A stretch of 64,000 nucleotides of DNA from Amoebidium appalachense (taxonomy: Eukaryota > Protista > Ichthyosporea). Under the pieces are notes generated by a model. The model worked only from the letters and a program-made list of their open reading frames with translations, was not told the origin of the DNA and made no database searches. Shown here in pieces: positions 33,302 through 46,890 of this stretch. The translations under genes and the position numbers were made by a program. The stretch is from assembly GCA_963693365.1 (NCBI GenBank), contig CAVNZM010000013.1, positions 8,618,940 through 8,682,939 on the forward strand, in the 5' to 3' direction. Position 1 is the stretch's first letter, and every line of letters begins with the position of its first letter.

Positions 33302-34606
33302 TTACAAAGCGGGTGAGCTATTGCCATCCACAGACACGGCTATGACCCCTGGATCCACAGCCGAGCCCTTTTCTCCCCCTGCCCGTGTGAGAGGCCCTGC
33401 CGGGGGGGCGCTGTCCTCTACAGGAACATTGCGCTTCTTAAAGCTAGCAAAAGTAAACAGACCGAAGGTAAGCACCAGCCAGGCACACAGCACGGGGATA
33501 TTCATGGACAGGCGGTCATAGGACCCGTAGAGCAGGGTCTTGCTGGCCATGCTGGAGTGGTACAGCGGCAGCACCACCCCCCACATAAAGAACGGTGTGG
33601 CCAGCTCGAGAGTGCTCAGCCCCGCCGTGGCGTTGAGAATAAGAGTCAGGAAGAATATGGGGGGGATAACTTCGACGCTGATAAACGTGGCCACGGCGGC
33701 AAACAGGAAGGCAAAGACCAACATCTGCAGCCACTGCAGCAGCCAGAACGACACCCAGATACCGGCCGAGGAAAACGTCGTGTGCAGCGCCGTGAGGATA
33801 AGTGTGAACGACAGGCACAGTGTGCCGGTGTAGCCGAACAGGGCCAGCGACCGAATCTTATACTTCTGCAGGGGCTGCATATGTGCGCACGCCGGTTCAC
33901 TGGCCTTGAAGAGTATTGTGGTGAGGACCATCGCAAACACCATTACTAAGATCATACCGACAAGCAGCCCAGCGTTTGTTACCGGTGCCGTGAACGGGTG
34001 CAGATTCAGAGTCGAGTAAGCCACGGGGCGTGTGAGCAGACCGGGGGCCTTTGTTGCTACGTTGGCCAGCTGGGCAGCCGAGTAGTTGGTTGCTATGGTC
34101 GACACCATCTGCGACGCAAACCGGGCCGTGAAGGCTCCCAGTAGCTTCTGCGTGGGGGACACCACGCGTGTATTGACGGCCAAGTTGGACCTGCCCTCAT
34201 CATACACGAACGTAATAGCAGTGGTTGGGTCGTATGTGGCGTCCGCCAGCACCAGCGCCTGCATAAACTTTGCTGTGGCGTTGGGGTTAACATATACGGC
34301 CCCCCAGTCGTCCCCGTTATTAATAGCCTCGTCCACAGCGGCGGGCGTGAGCCCGTTAGCACTGTCAACATAGTAGGTGGGCAGAGGCACGGGGCTGTTG
34401 GCATTAATGGTGGAAAAGAATGTCGTGAATGCTGTGCCTACCACACCGTTGTCGAAAGACACCACACGGATATGAAGGTTGTGCACGAAGGCATCGGGGG
34501 AAGCCGACGGGCCGAAATAACACGACAGGGCGAGCCAGTAGACTACGTTAAGAACGACACCTATAATGCACAACAGTATGGGCAAAGGGGGCGGGCGTCG
34601 GGCCAT
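33302..34606 (-). CDS. Intronless SNG1/DUF3533-family multi-pass membrane protein (434 aa)
   Basis: N-terminal TM, then NLHIRVVSFD, DWGAVYVNPNAT, YDPTTAITFVYDEGR and NLHPF, then several TM helices. This matches the layout of fungal nitrosoguanidine-resistance SNG1-like proteins. Confidence 0.85.
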   Translation of the reverse strand: MARRPPPLPILLCIIGVVLNVVYWLALSCYFGPSASPDAFVHNLHIRVVSFDNGVVGTAFTTFFSTINANSPVPLPTYYVDSANGLTPAAVDEAINNGDDWGAVYVNPNATAKFMQALVLADATYDPTTAITFVYDEGRSNLAVNTRVVSPTQKLLGAFTARFASQMVSTIATNYSAAQLANVATKAPGLLTRPVAYSTLNLHPFTAPVTNAGLLVGMILVMVFAMVLTTILFKASEPACAHMQPLQKYKIRSLALFGYTGTLCLSFTLILTALHTTFSSAGIWVSFWLLQWLQMLVFAFLFAAVATFISVEVIPPIFFLTLILNATAGLSTLELATPFFMWGVVLPLYHSSMASKTLLYGSYDRLSMNIPVLCAWLVLTFGLFTFASFKKRNVPVEDSAPPAGPLTRAGGEKGSAVDPGVIAVSVDGNSSPAL

Positions 34607-34729
34607 TTTTACGTTCCTTGTTTTCTGAACGTGTGCCTATGCAGTTTCATGTGCTAATAGAAGAAACAAGTCCGCACTGACATGCATATGTGGACGAAGG
34701 CATAAAAGTGCATTGCTCTGGCCCGTCAA

Positions 34730-34820
34730 CGATTTATATAGGGACGCGAGAAACTAAAAATAGATAGCGGTTTGATTGGCACAGCATCACGTCACTTCGG
34801 GTTTAGGGAGCCGCAGGAGA
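34730..34820 (-). promoter_or_regulatory. Promoter-like motif cluster upstream of the SNG1-like gene
   Basis: TTTATATA (TATATAAA on minus), TGATTGG (CCAAT), TCACGTCA and the 18-mer CGGGTTTAGGGAGCCGCA, which also occurs at 2411-2428. Confidence 0.45.
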
Positions 34821-35810
34821 TTGCGATCACACTCACACGACAAGACGTTGTCATCTACATGCTGTATGTACATAAACATAGCCCAAGCCCAAAAAAAAAT
34901 AAAAAAAAAATGAGGCACTGGTCTGGAAGGTGTCTTTCATGCTGCATACTTTATGAATATAGAGTTGGTTAATCCTCGAAGCAACACAAGAACATGCATC
35001 TGAGATGCTGGTCAGATCATGACTCAGATGCATCATGTCTGAGCGAGATCTCAGATCTGTGGTCTGCAAGACAGGGTTTGAAACAAGGTCTTCGAGGTCA
35101 AGTCCAAGTTCGCCGCGACATATATATTAGAGAAGGGCCCTAGGGAGATGTGCTGTTTATAGAAGAGGGTTTCTTTTAGGTCGATTTATGAACCCTTTCG
35201 AGTCTGGCGCTCGGCGGGCGGCGCTGCACCACGGCCATCTGAGTACAGTAATATAAATGTCACACCCTGTAACCGTTAGACGCACAGCCAATCGAACAGC
35301 GTACTGGCACCAGCAAGAATGCAGCCAATGGAGAAGCCGAAAGAACATGTAAGTACAGCCGATTGGATGAAATATTGTCTCCCTGGCCCACTTTGTGTGT
35401 GTGAGATGTAAATAAACAGCTAAATTTCAAAAATTAGTATCCCAACAAAGTCTTGAACAAACTAACTTGAGATCCTGCAGCTTCACTTTTAAGAAACGAA
35501 TTTTATGCACCTTAATATATAATTGCATGTATATTGCTACTTATAACCAACCCGCTCCTCTCTTTGGAGCTCCACATTGAAAGGGAAAAGTAACTATTGA
35601 AAATCAAAATTTAAAACTTTTTTGAAAGAAATCGGTGAATAAAGTTTACTAGGGAAAAAAGAACGATAGTTCCAAATAGCCTAAACCTCTTGATGACTAC
35701 TTTTTCTTTTGACTGAATTTATTATTTGAATACACACAATTTTTCTTCCCCAACACATCGATTTCCATCATAATTTTCATTTTAAAGCTTAATCTTGTTA
35801 CCACATAAAA

Positions 35811-36828
35811 CACCGACAGTATCGACATCTACCAAGTCATCGCACTGAAGGATGGCTCCGATCCGGCCGAGCAGTGGAGGAAGATACACCATTTTCGGCG
35901 GCATCTTCCCCCCCACCAACAGGCATCACCCCAGATGCTCCACCTGCAAGCCAACGAGGAAGCCACACCCTTACCGGGGGACCTCCCCGGCCCACCCCCC
36001 CCCCCCAGCAGCCACCACCGGTAGGGTCACCACCAGGACACAAGTGCACGGCCCACCCGGCTGACCTGCCGAGCCCACCCACTCCCCGTAGGCTCACCTA
36101 CACCGACTTGGTGCCCCAGGCCACCTATGACGAGTGGCAGCAGCAAATCACCCTGATCCCCCCAGACCAACCGATCACCGTTTATACGGACGGCAGCCTC
36201 ATCCACCCGGGCAGGAGGATAGCCCAGGCCGGAGCCGGGGCTGTGCTGGACACCCCGGACCGGAAAGCACCACCAGTGACGGCCAAGACCAGGCTCCATA
36301 CGGCCCTATCATCCACCCAAGCCGAACTCACCGGGGTACTACTAGTCCTCCTGCTCACCCCCACCACCACCCCCATCCACATCAAGCTCGATAACCTCGG
36401 AGTAGTCGACCGATGGACAGCAAATATAGACCCCACCACCCCCTCGACGTAAGCTAAAGTTCCCCCACATAGTGGAATGGGCTCACGTACGAGACCAACT
36501 CTCTCTCCGGCAACCAGGCTCTGTACAGGTATCGTGGGTGAAGGGGCACCAATCCAACACCAAACGGTACGGTCAACGGAATAACGAGGCAGACAAGGCA
36601 GCCAATGCAGGAAGAGTCCTCCCCCCTCCCCCCCCCCCCTACCTCCGGCCCCAGGGGGGGGGGAAATACTTCCTACGACTACAAGGCCACCGTATCCCCG
36701 GCAACATTCCCGGTACACTGAACCGGTTGAACAAGGACTTCCTCACCGACATGGCCGGCAAGACCAAGGCTATGTCCATACTAGCCGACCCCAGACTGCA
36801 TCAGCAATCTTGTTGCGGCATCCAAAAG
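35811..36828 (+). mobile_element. LINE family A, left half: RNase H region (5'-truncated, frameshifted)
   Basis: RNase H motifs VYTDGS, SSTQAELTG, IKLDN, VSWVKGH and NNEADKAA, with a stop/frameshift near 36450. The frame resumes at 46891. Confidence 0.88.
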
Positions 36829-36895
36829 CTGTCGTAAACTACCCGACGACATCGGAAACCCCTCAACACCTCCAAAACTAACCCCAAATACATAT

Positions 36896-37101
36896 GGGGT
36901 TTACGCTGTTTACTCGAGGCAAAGAGAACCAGTCTCAGGTATGGGGGGGGGGGGGGGTTTGCTCGGAATATCCCCTCAGCGGTATATCATGATCACGTAC
37001 ATAGATGTCGGGTGGTGACTATATATCAGGGTTTACTTTCTCTACGAGACACCATAAAGACTACAAGGAGAAATCAATTAGTTGGGGTTCCCCGTTTTTT
37101 T
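36896..37101 (-). mobile_element. Short 5'-truncated copy of family B LINE 3' end
   Basis: About 200 bp closely matching 15702-15900; truncated at the internal A-run. Confidence 0.88.
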
Positions 37102-37939
37102 ATCATTGCTCCCCGACGTCCAATGGATGTGTCGTAATCTGCTCGATCCGATACCCGATGCACCAATGGATGTACATAGAACCCCGCGAGTGCATATCCA
37201 ATGGGTGTGCAATGTAGCCATCTAACCGACGTGCAATAGATCCAACATACGACGTCCAGTCGGTGGGTATATGACGGCCGGCGGCCAGGGGGCATTCAGA
37301 CAGTCGTAACACCGTCTACGGGAGGATCAGAACGCCACCCTGTGGACGATCTTATGCATGTCTATGGTTTGATGTAAAGCCATATAACGGAGCACTGTAA
37401 ACGCATCGAATGTATGGTATTAATACCCTCTTGATCAAATACGTATGACTATCACATGTATGTCTATCGTTTGTTGAAAAGCAATGCAATGGAGCACTGC
37501 AAAACCATCCAGTTGATTATAAAAATAGATCGAAATCCAATCGTTCAGACGCCCTTTCCGACATCCGAAACACAACCAGTGGATATACCTTGGGTGGGTT
37601 TGTGCTAACCCATGACCTATCATAAGATGTGATTTGCATCCTACTACAGATTACATTACGATGTTGTAAACAGATGCATAGGAGGACATTACGACATATA
37701 ATGTAGATGACGCATATTAATACATTTGACGTCGTAACGTACACTTGCATATGTTGTAAGGGTGTGCTATGCACATGCACAATGTGCTTTTTGGTGCGTC
37801 ATAAACCCATCCTTACATGCATAATGGCATGTTCAATGTATGATCATGATATCATACATCATACGTCATAAAATCACTGTAAGGACACATACAATATGAC
37901 ATCAGACGGTAAGAAGAGCGCATAAAGATGTTTCTTTGC

Positions 37940-38126
37940 GTCTCGCTCCACAGGAGCAGAGACGGATACCATATGTACTTTTTTGTCTCGCTCCACTGGA
38001 GCAGAGACCACGCCTGACAGTTTGTTTTTTCTCACAACTTGTTACAAATTTTGAAGTCTCGTTCCACAGGAGCGAGACTGCAATACAACAAATTTCTATG
38101 TCTCGACTCCGGAGTCTGCTCCAGAC
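37940..38126. repeat. Array of 3-4 hairpin motifs GTCTCGCTCCACAGGAGCAGAGAC with unique spacers
   Basis: Copies at 37940-37963, 37985-38008 and 38056-38078, plus a degenerate one from 38100. Confidence 0.75.
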
Positions 38127-38529
38127 TGCACTAGACACCAAAACATATCAAAAAAAGAAAAAAAAAAGAGGGTGGTGGTGGGGGGGGGGGGGGGGGCTTC
38201 TATCATCCCACTAGTCCTCATCCTCATCCTCCCCACCCTCATCTCCTCCCCTCCCCCCAGCCGGGGGGGGGGGGGGGGGGGGGGGGGGGAAGGAGTATAA
38301 AAGAGCAGCAACGAACATAAACAAAACTCAAAACAAGCAAACTATTATGCGGGTTTCTAAGAAGCTCCCAACATCATTAAACTAAACACATGCTAATCCC
38401 TTGACAGAAGAGTAACAAGGTGTGTGTGTATGTGTATGAGGCCCAAAAAAAAAAAAAAAGGACGCCCAACATGACAATATAAGGGGGGCACTCTTACACC
38501 AAACCATACCATACCAAATGCCGGCAGAG

Positions 38530-38780
38530 TAATTAACAGGACAAAGAGCCGGTACCCACCTATGGGTGCTAAACATGCACATGATCATTCATGTGCTATA
38601 AGAGCAACACAGAAACGAAACACGGAAACAACAGCAGCCATAGGACAAAGAGCCCCAGACCCACAGGGTCTTGCCTCCATACTTTATTTACCTTAACAGG
38701 ACAAAGAGCCGGTACCCACCTATGAAACGAAAAACGGAAACAACAGCAGCCATAGGACAAAGAGCCGGTACCCACCTCTA
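38530..38780. repeat. Mosaic local direct repeats
   Basis: AGGACAAAGAGCC(GGTACCCACCT) occurs four times and ACGGAAACAACAGCAGCCAT twice. Confidence 0.75.
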
Positions 38781-38889
38781 GATGATAACGTAGCCTTATA
38801 GCTGCTGATGACTTCATGGGCCAACCTTGCCAAAACCTGTAAAGGAACTCGAGCTAAGAATTAGCTCATCCTACTTGCGAGAAGTGGGG

Positions 38890-38926
<37 letters not shown>

Positions 38927-39768
38927 GAGGGGGCTGACTGAGAGTGGCAAAAAAAGAGTCGACAGAACCAACCTCAAACATAGTAAGGACGGAAACCCGG
39001 ACCAGAACTTATGAAGTCTAGAGAAGCAGAAAATAGCTTGAACGATCGGTGGAGGGGATGATAGCTATAGTGCTAACAGCAAAAGTAGTGCCCACAGTCG
39101 CTGGTTCATGAACGTGAAAGGCAACGTGCATCTGCAGTCAGCAGACACACGCACACGCACGCACGCACGCACGCACACACACATACACACACACACAGAG
39201 AGACATAGACACAGACCAGACAGACAAACGCCATATGCACAAAAGCAGGCAACACAAAACTAACCTTCAAGAAGAAGCTGCAGCATGCAGCATGGTCCAA
39301 AACAATCAGCACGGTGGCTGCGCGATCTGCGGAGGGGATCTGTGACCAGGCGCTGCGGGAAGGGAACTGCGACCAGGCGACCTGCGGGAAAGGACCTGCG
39401 GACCTGCGGGAAGGGGGAAGAGAAATGGAGAAAACAACGTGCGTACAGGCTTAAATGGAGAAAAAATTGCAAACCGGATTGGGATTTAGCCAATCACTAT
39501 TCGCCGCGCCTGATTAGGAAAAAGATAAAAATAGATTTCGGCTCGCGCGCGCGCGTGCATCAGCTTGGTGCCCTTAGCGCTACCCTTAGTGCCCTTAGTC
39601 ACAACTATCAGACTATAGTTACGTGTCCTCCACTTCTTTGTTCTTGACCATTTTTTCGGCATGAAAGGGTTTCTGTTACTTCTTGCTGTCCTTCTTAGCG
39701 TGCTTGCTTGTCTTTTTTTCAACATGGGTGTCACTGGCGCTTTCGACTTCTTTGAAATCACACACACA

Positions 39769-39799
<31 letters not shown>

Positions 39800-40340
39800 G
39801 CGCGCGCGCACGCACACACACTCACACATGCACACTGCACACACACACACACACACACACACAGGCGCGCACACACAGGCACGCACACACACACAGGCGC
39901 ACACCTACACAACACACACAGCACATGCACACACAAGCGCACACACGCACACACCCTGTTATCCCTGATCATGATGCCCCCTCCCCCCTCCCTCTTCCCC
40001 CCCGCGCACCCCCCCCCCCCCCCCCCCCCCCCACCCACCCCACCCACCCACCTACAAAGACGAAAACATTGTACATGTATTGCATACACAAATATACTCG
40101 CACATATACATACACACATTCACTTTAATCTTTTAGGCTACATGTGCAATATACATTAATTATGCACAGTCGATAGAATTCGTTGTGAAACCCCCCCCCC
40201 CCCCCCCCCCCCTCCCCCCCCCTCCTCGTTCCCCCCATATGCAATGGGGATAATATTGTTTCCCGCTATTAATTAAAAAATCACCGTTCTAACTTCCTAA
40301 GACCGAACCACTTGTAACACCGACAGTTTCGGTTGTGTGG

Positions 40341-40396
<56 letters not shown>

Positions 40397-40506
40397 CCCA
40401 CCCACCACCTTACCAATATTGAGGTGTACACTGCCCCCACATCCCCAACTGTGTGCTGAATATCCCGTGCTAGGAAACCAATAACGTGAAAGTAACACAT
40501 GCCGCA

Positions 40507-43500
40507 TGTGGGTAGTTATTGAAAAAACCAATAATGTCTAGGCAACATACTATGTACATATACTATGCTACAAAGGGGGTTCTATACGAGCTACAACGTT
40601 GTGTTTTTTTCGTGTGACCCTCGTACTCCAGGGGCACATTCACCATCCCCCCCATAAACTTTGTGGTAAAGTTCTCGTGCTAGAAGCTGTTCTGTGGGTA
40701 GTTATTGAAAAAACGAATAATGTCTAGGTAACACATGTACATATGCTATGCTACAAGGGGGGTTCTATTCGAGCTACAATGTTGTGTTTTTTTTGTGTGA
40801 CCCTCGTACTGAAGGGGCACATTCACCATCCCCCCCATAAACTTTGTGGTAAATGTCTCGTGCTAGAAGCTGTTCTGTGGGTAGTTATTGAAACAACCAA
40901 TAATGTCTAGGTAACACATGGACATATACTATGCTACAAGGGGGGTCTATTCGAGCTACAACATTGTGTTTTTTTCGTGTGACCCTCGTACTCCAGGGGC
41001 ACATTCTCCATCCCCCCCATAAACTTTGTGGTAAATTTCTCGTGCTAGAAGCTGTTCTGTGGGTAGTTATTGAAAAAACGAATAATGTCTAGGTAACATA
41101 CTATGTACATATACTATGCTACAAGGGGGGTTCTATACGAGCTACAACGTTGTGTTTTTTTCGTGTGACCCTCGTACTCCAGGGGCACATTCACCATCCC
41201 CCCCATCAACGTTGTGGTAAAGCTCTCGTGCTAGAAGCTGTTCTGTGGGTAGTTATTGAAAAAACGAATAATGTCTAGGTAACACATGTACTTATACTAT
41301 GCTACAAGGGGGGTTCTATTCGAGCTACAATGTTGTGTTTTTTTCGTGTGACCCTCGTACTCCAGGGGCACATTCACCATCCACCCCATAAACTTTGTGG
41401 TAAATCTCTCGTGCTAGAGGCTGTTCTGTGGGTAGTTATTGAAAAACCAATAATGTCTAGGTAACATATGTACATATACTATGCTACAAGGGGGGTTCTA
41501 TACGAGCTACAACGTTGTGTTTTTTTCGTGTGACCCTCGTACTCCAGGGGCACATTCCCCATCCCCCCCATAAACTGTGTGGTACATTTCTCGTGCTAGA
41601 AGCTGTTCTGTGGGTAGGTATTGAAAAAACCAATAATGTGTAAGCAACACATGTACATATGCTATGCTACAAGGGGGGTTCTATACGAGCTACAACGTTG
41701 TATTTTTTTCGTGTGACCCTTGTACTCCAGGGGCACATTCACCATCCCCCCCATACACTTTGTGGTAAATGTCTCGTGCTAGAAGCTGTTCTGTGGGTAG
41801 TTATTGAAACAACCAATAATGTCTAGGTAACACATGGACATATACTATGCTACAAGGGGGGTCTATTCGAGCTACAACATTGTGTTTTTTTCGTGTGACC
41901 CTCGTACTCCAGGGGCACATTCACCATCCCCCCCACAAACGTTATGGTAAATGTCTCGTGCTAGAAGCTGTTCTGTGGGTAGCTATTGAAAAAACCAATA
42001 ATGTCTAGGTAACATACTATGTACATATACTATGCTACAAGGGGGGTTCTATACGAGCTACAACGTTGTGTTTTTTTCGTGTGACCCTCGTACTCCAGGG
42101 GCACATTCACCATCCCCCCCATCAACGTTGTGGTAAAGCTCTCGTGCTAGAAGCTGTTCTGTGGGTAGTTATTGAAAAAACGAATAATGTCTAGGTAACA
42201 CATGTACTTATACTATGCTACAAGGGGGGTTCTATACGAGCTACAACTTTGTGTTTTTTTCGTGTGACCCTCGTACTCCAGGGGCACATTCACCATCCCC
42301 CCCACAAACTTTGTGGTAAATCTCTCGTGCTAGAAGCTGTTCTGTGGGTAGTTATTGAAAAAACCAATAATGTCTAGGTAACATACTATGTACATATACT
42401 ATGCTACAAGGGGGGTTCTATACGAGCTACAACGTTGTGATTTTTTCGTGTGACCCTCGTACTCCAGGGGCACATTCACCATCCACCCCATAAACTCTGT
42501 GGTAAAGCTCTCGTGCTAGAAGCTGTTCTGTGGGTAGTTATTGAAAAAACGAATAATGTCTAGGTAACACATGTACTTATACTATGCTACAAGGGGGGTT
42601 CTATTCGAGCTACAATGTTGTGTTTTTTTCGTGTGACCCTCGTACTCCAGGGGCACATTCACCATCCACCCCATAAACTTTGTGGTAAATCTCTCGTGCT
42701 AGAGGCTGTTCTGTGGGTAGTTATTGAAAAACCAATAATGTCTAGGTAACATATGTACATATTCTATGCTACAAGGGGGGTTCTATACGAGCTGCAACGT
42801 TGTGTTTTTTTTTGTGTGACCCTCGTACTCCAGGGGCACATTCCCCATCCCCCCCATAAACTGTGTGGTAAATTTCTCGTGCTAGAAGCTGTTCTGTGGG
42901 TAGGTATTGAAAAAACCAATAATGTGTAAGCAACACATGTACATATACTATGCTACAAGGGGGGTTCTATTCGAGCTACAACGTTGTCTTTTTTTCGTGT
43001 GACCCTCGTACTCCAGGGGGGCACATTCCCCATCCCCCCATAAACTGTGTGGTAAATTTCTCGTGCTAGAAGCTGTTCTGTGGGTAGTTATTGAAAAAAC
43101 CAAAAATGTCTAGGTAACACATGGACATATACTATGCTACAAGGGGGGTTCTATACGAGCTACAACTTTGTGTTTTTTTCGTGTGACCCTCGTACTCCAG
43201 GGGCACATTCACCATCCCCCCCACAAACGTTATGGTAAATGTCTCGTGCTAGAGGCTATTCTGTGGGTAGTTATTGAAAAACCAATAATGTCTAGGTAAC
43301 ATATGTACATATTCTATGCTACAAGGGGGGTTCTATACGAGCTACAACGTTGTGTTTTTTTTTGTGTGACCCTCGTACTCCAGGGGCACATTCCCCATCC
43401 CCCCCATAAACTTTGTGGTAAATTTCTCGTGCTAGAGGCTGTTCTGTGGGTAGTTATTGAAAACCCAATAATGTCTAGGTAACATATGTACATATACTAT

Positions 43501-43530
43501 GCTACAAGGGGGGTTCTATGCTACAAGGGG
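40507..43530. repeat. Satellite array, ~184-bp monomer, ~16.5 copies
   Basis: Monomer starts TGTGGGTAGTTATTGAAAAAACCAATAATGTCTAGG. There are 17 starts from 40507 to 43445 (mean spacing ~183.6 bp). Confidence 0.97.
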
Positions 43531-44830
<1,300 letters not shown>

Positions 44831-46034
44831 ATCAATGATAAGCCGGCCATGTGTTTATCATGGCGCACCGGTAAATGCATGTGGCGATTATGTGTAAATA
44901 TATAAACGGAAATACATTATAAAAAAGGACTCACTCAACGAGATGAAGGAGCGTTACAGAACGTACGTGTCTGCCGCCCCCCCCCCCCCCCCCCCCCCCG
45001 CCCGCCCCCCCCCCCCCCCCCCCAACCCCCCCCCTGTCTTCCCTCCTTCCCACTACGACCCCCCCCCCCCCCCTGCACGTGTCTAGGTGTATAGATCCTA
45101 CACGAAACGATGGCAGAACTTTCGCCATTTGGTAATGGACTCCGTGCCGCTCTAGTGCATTATATTGTAAAGTAATATCACCAACAAAAAACGCAGGTTC
45201 GGCAAAGCTGCGTACGAGTGCTTCAAGGACTCCACCAAAAACGAACTCAAAACATCGAAATTCCATGCTGGTGTGCATTATTCTGACGACTATCGCCTCT
45301 TTGGCCCGGTGGAGTCAGCTGAGAGCTGGGAGCGTGCACACAAATACTACTGCAAGATGCCGTATCGTATGACCGACAAGAACTCTGCATTGAATATTTT
45401 GCAGTTGAGGCATGTTTGTATGTCGTAGTCCACATGTCGACGATATTATGTATCGTCTTACGACCGTTTGTACCGTACGATATATCGTTTTACGACAGTA
45501 ATATGGATGGTATTGTTACCGTCTTGGGGATGGCCCATGGATATACATAAGGCGTGTTATGGATTATGTTTGGACATCTTTATTACACCTACTAGACATG
45601 TGAACTACCGAAAGGTGGATACTACAAGATGGATACATTTGCACGGTTAATAACGTGCAGGGGATTGATGGGGCCCCAACCAAATTTTGCATTAGGCAGT
45701 GTCTCTGTGTGGGTGATGTAACAAAACCGGTCGGACTGTCCCGGGAAAAGTTATTGACCGTTGTACGTCCATATTATGCAACTTTTGAAATGCGCTGTAA
45801 TACATAGGGAAAGGGGGGGGGATTCAACGGTTAATAACGTGCAGGGGATTGTTGGGAGCACAACCAAACTTTGCATTAGGCAGTTTCTCTGTGTGGGGGG
45901 TCTAACAAAACCGGCCGGAATGGGGGGATATCACCACTTTCATTCCGCGGCCACCTGATGAGCCTCATCCGCTTTCCATGAGGCGTGCAAAAACAAATTC
46001 ACATGTCAGTTGCGCCCGTTAGATAATCTCCTTG

Positions 46035-46232
46035 TGATCATTATGATGACCGTATGGATTTTGGTATGTGATCACTATAATGATCGTATGAGGCATAGAA
46101 TGAGATCATTATGATGATCGTATGGGGGTATAACTAGCGATCCTTATGGTGGTCGTATGGGGCATATAATGAGATCATTATAATGATCGTATGGGGGTAT
46201 AATTAGCGATCCTTATGGTGGTCGTATGGGGC
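46035..46232. repeat. Degenerate ~32-33-bp minisatellite, ~6 copies
   Basis: Recurring GATC(A/C)TTAT..TG.TCGTATG core, followed by an (AT)n tract at 46288-46410. Confidence 0.8.
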
Positions 46233-46284
46233 TTCTATGAAAAACTACTCCGGGGGTCATTCATTCCCAGGACACCCCTACCCC

Positions 46285-46341
<57 letters not shown>

Positions 46342-46343
46342 TA

Positions 46344-46383
<40 letters not shown>

Positions 46384-46890
46384 GGGGTAGGAGTATACTA
46401 TATATATATACATAAAACTATTGTACTTATACATTATAAAAACAGTATCTATTATTGCAGAATTCGCCGTTTCTTATTAGTTTACAGACGTCGGAAACAT
46501 CATATTAAGATGCTTAGAATCGCCTTCACAGTATGCTTTGTTTTCGACGTCGACGATACCCATCATGTTAGCCTACACAGTATACATACGTAGAACAGGC
46601 TTACGACGTCCATAGCACATCTATAGCATTGGAATAGGTGCTACATTTGTTTAATGGACGGTGTAAACGCATGCACAGCATGTCCATAGGATGACGTTGG
46701 CATATACACATGAGGGTCGAGAAATCAGTGGACCTCTTTATTACCCTGTAACATGCTTGTCGACGTCGACGATGGGTTTTCAGCTTTTCCATCCATTAAA
46801 ATGTCGAGGGTACCAAACGCAGCCACTCAGGTATCGTAAACTACTCCGAACCCGTCGTCGACGTCGTAGAGGGGTTTCCGATGGGGGGGG

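Noticed and set aside
37940-43530. CRISPR array (hairpin array or satellite)
   Set aside because: Eukaryotic context, no cas genes, irregular spacers in the hairpin array and no unique spacers in the satellite.
45489-45498. TTTACGACAG as an alternative right terminal inverted repeat of the insert
   Set aside because: Only 10 bp in a TACGA-rich zone, no TSD, and it does not restore the LINE frame.
45945-46020. Hammerhead ribozyme (CTGATGA plus stem GCCTCAT/ATGAGGC)
   Set aside because: The required GAAA after stem II reads GTGC, and stems I and III are unconvincing; at best a dead relic.
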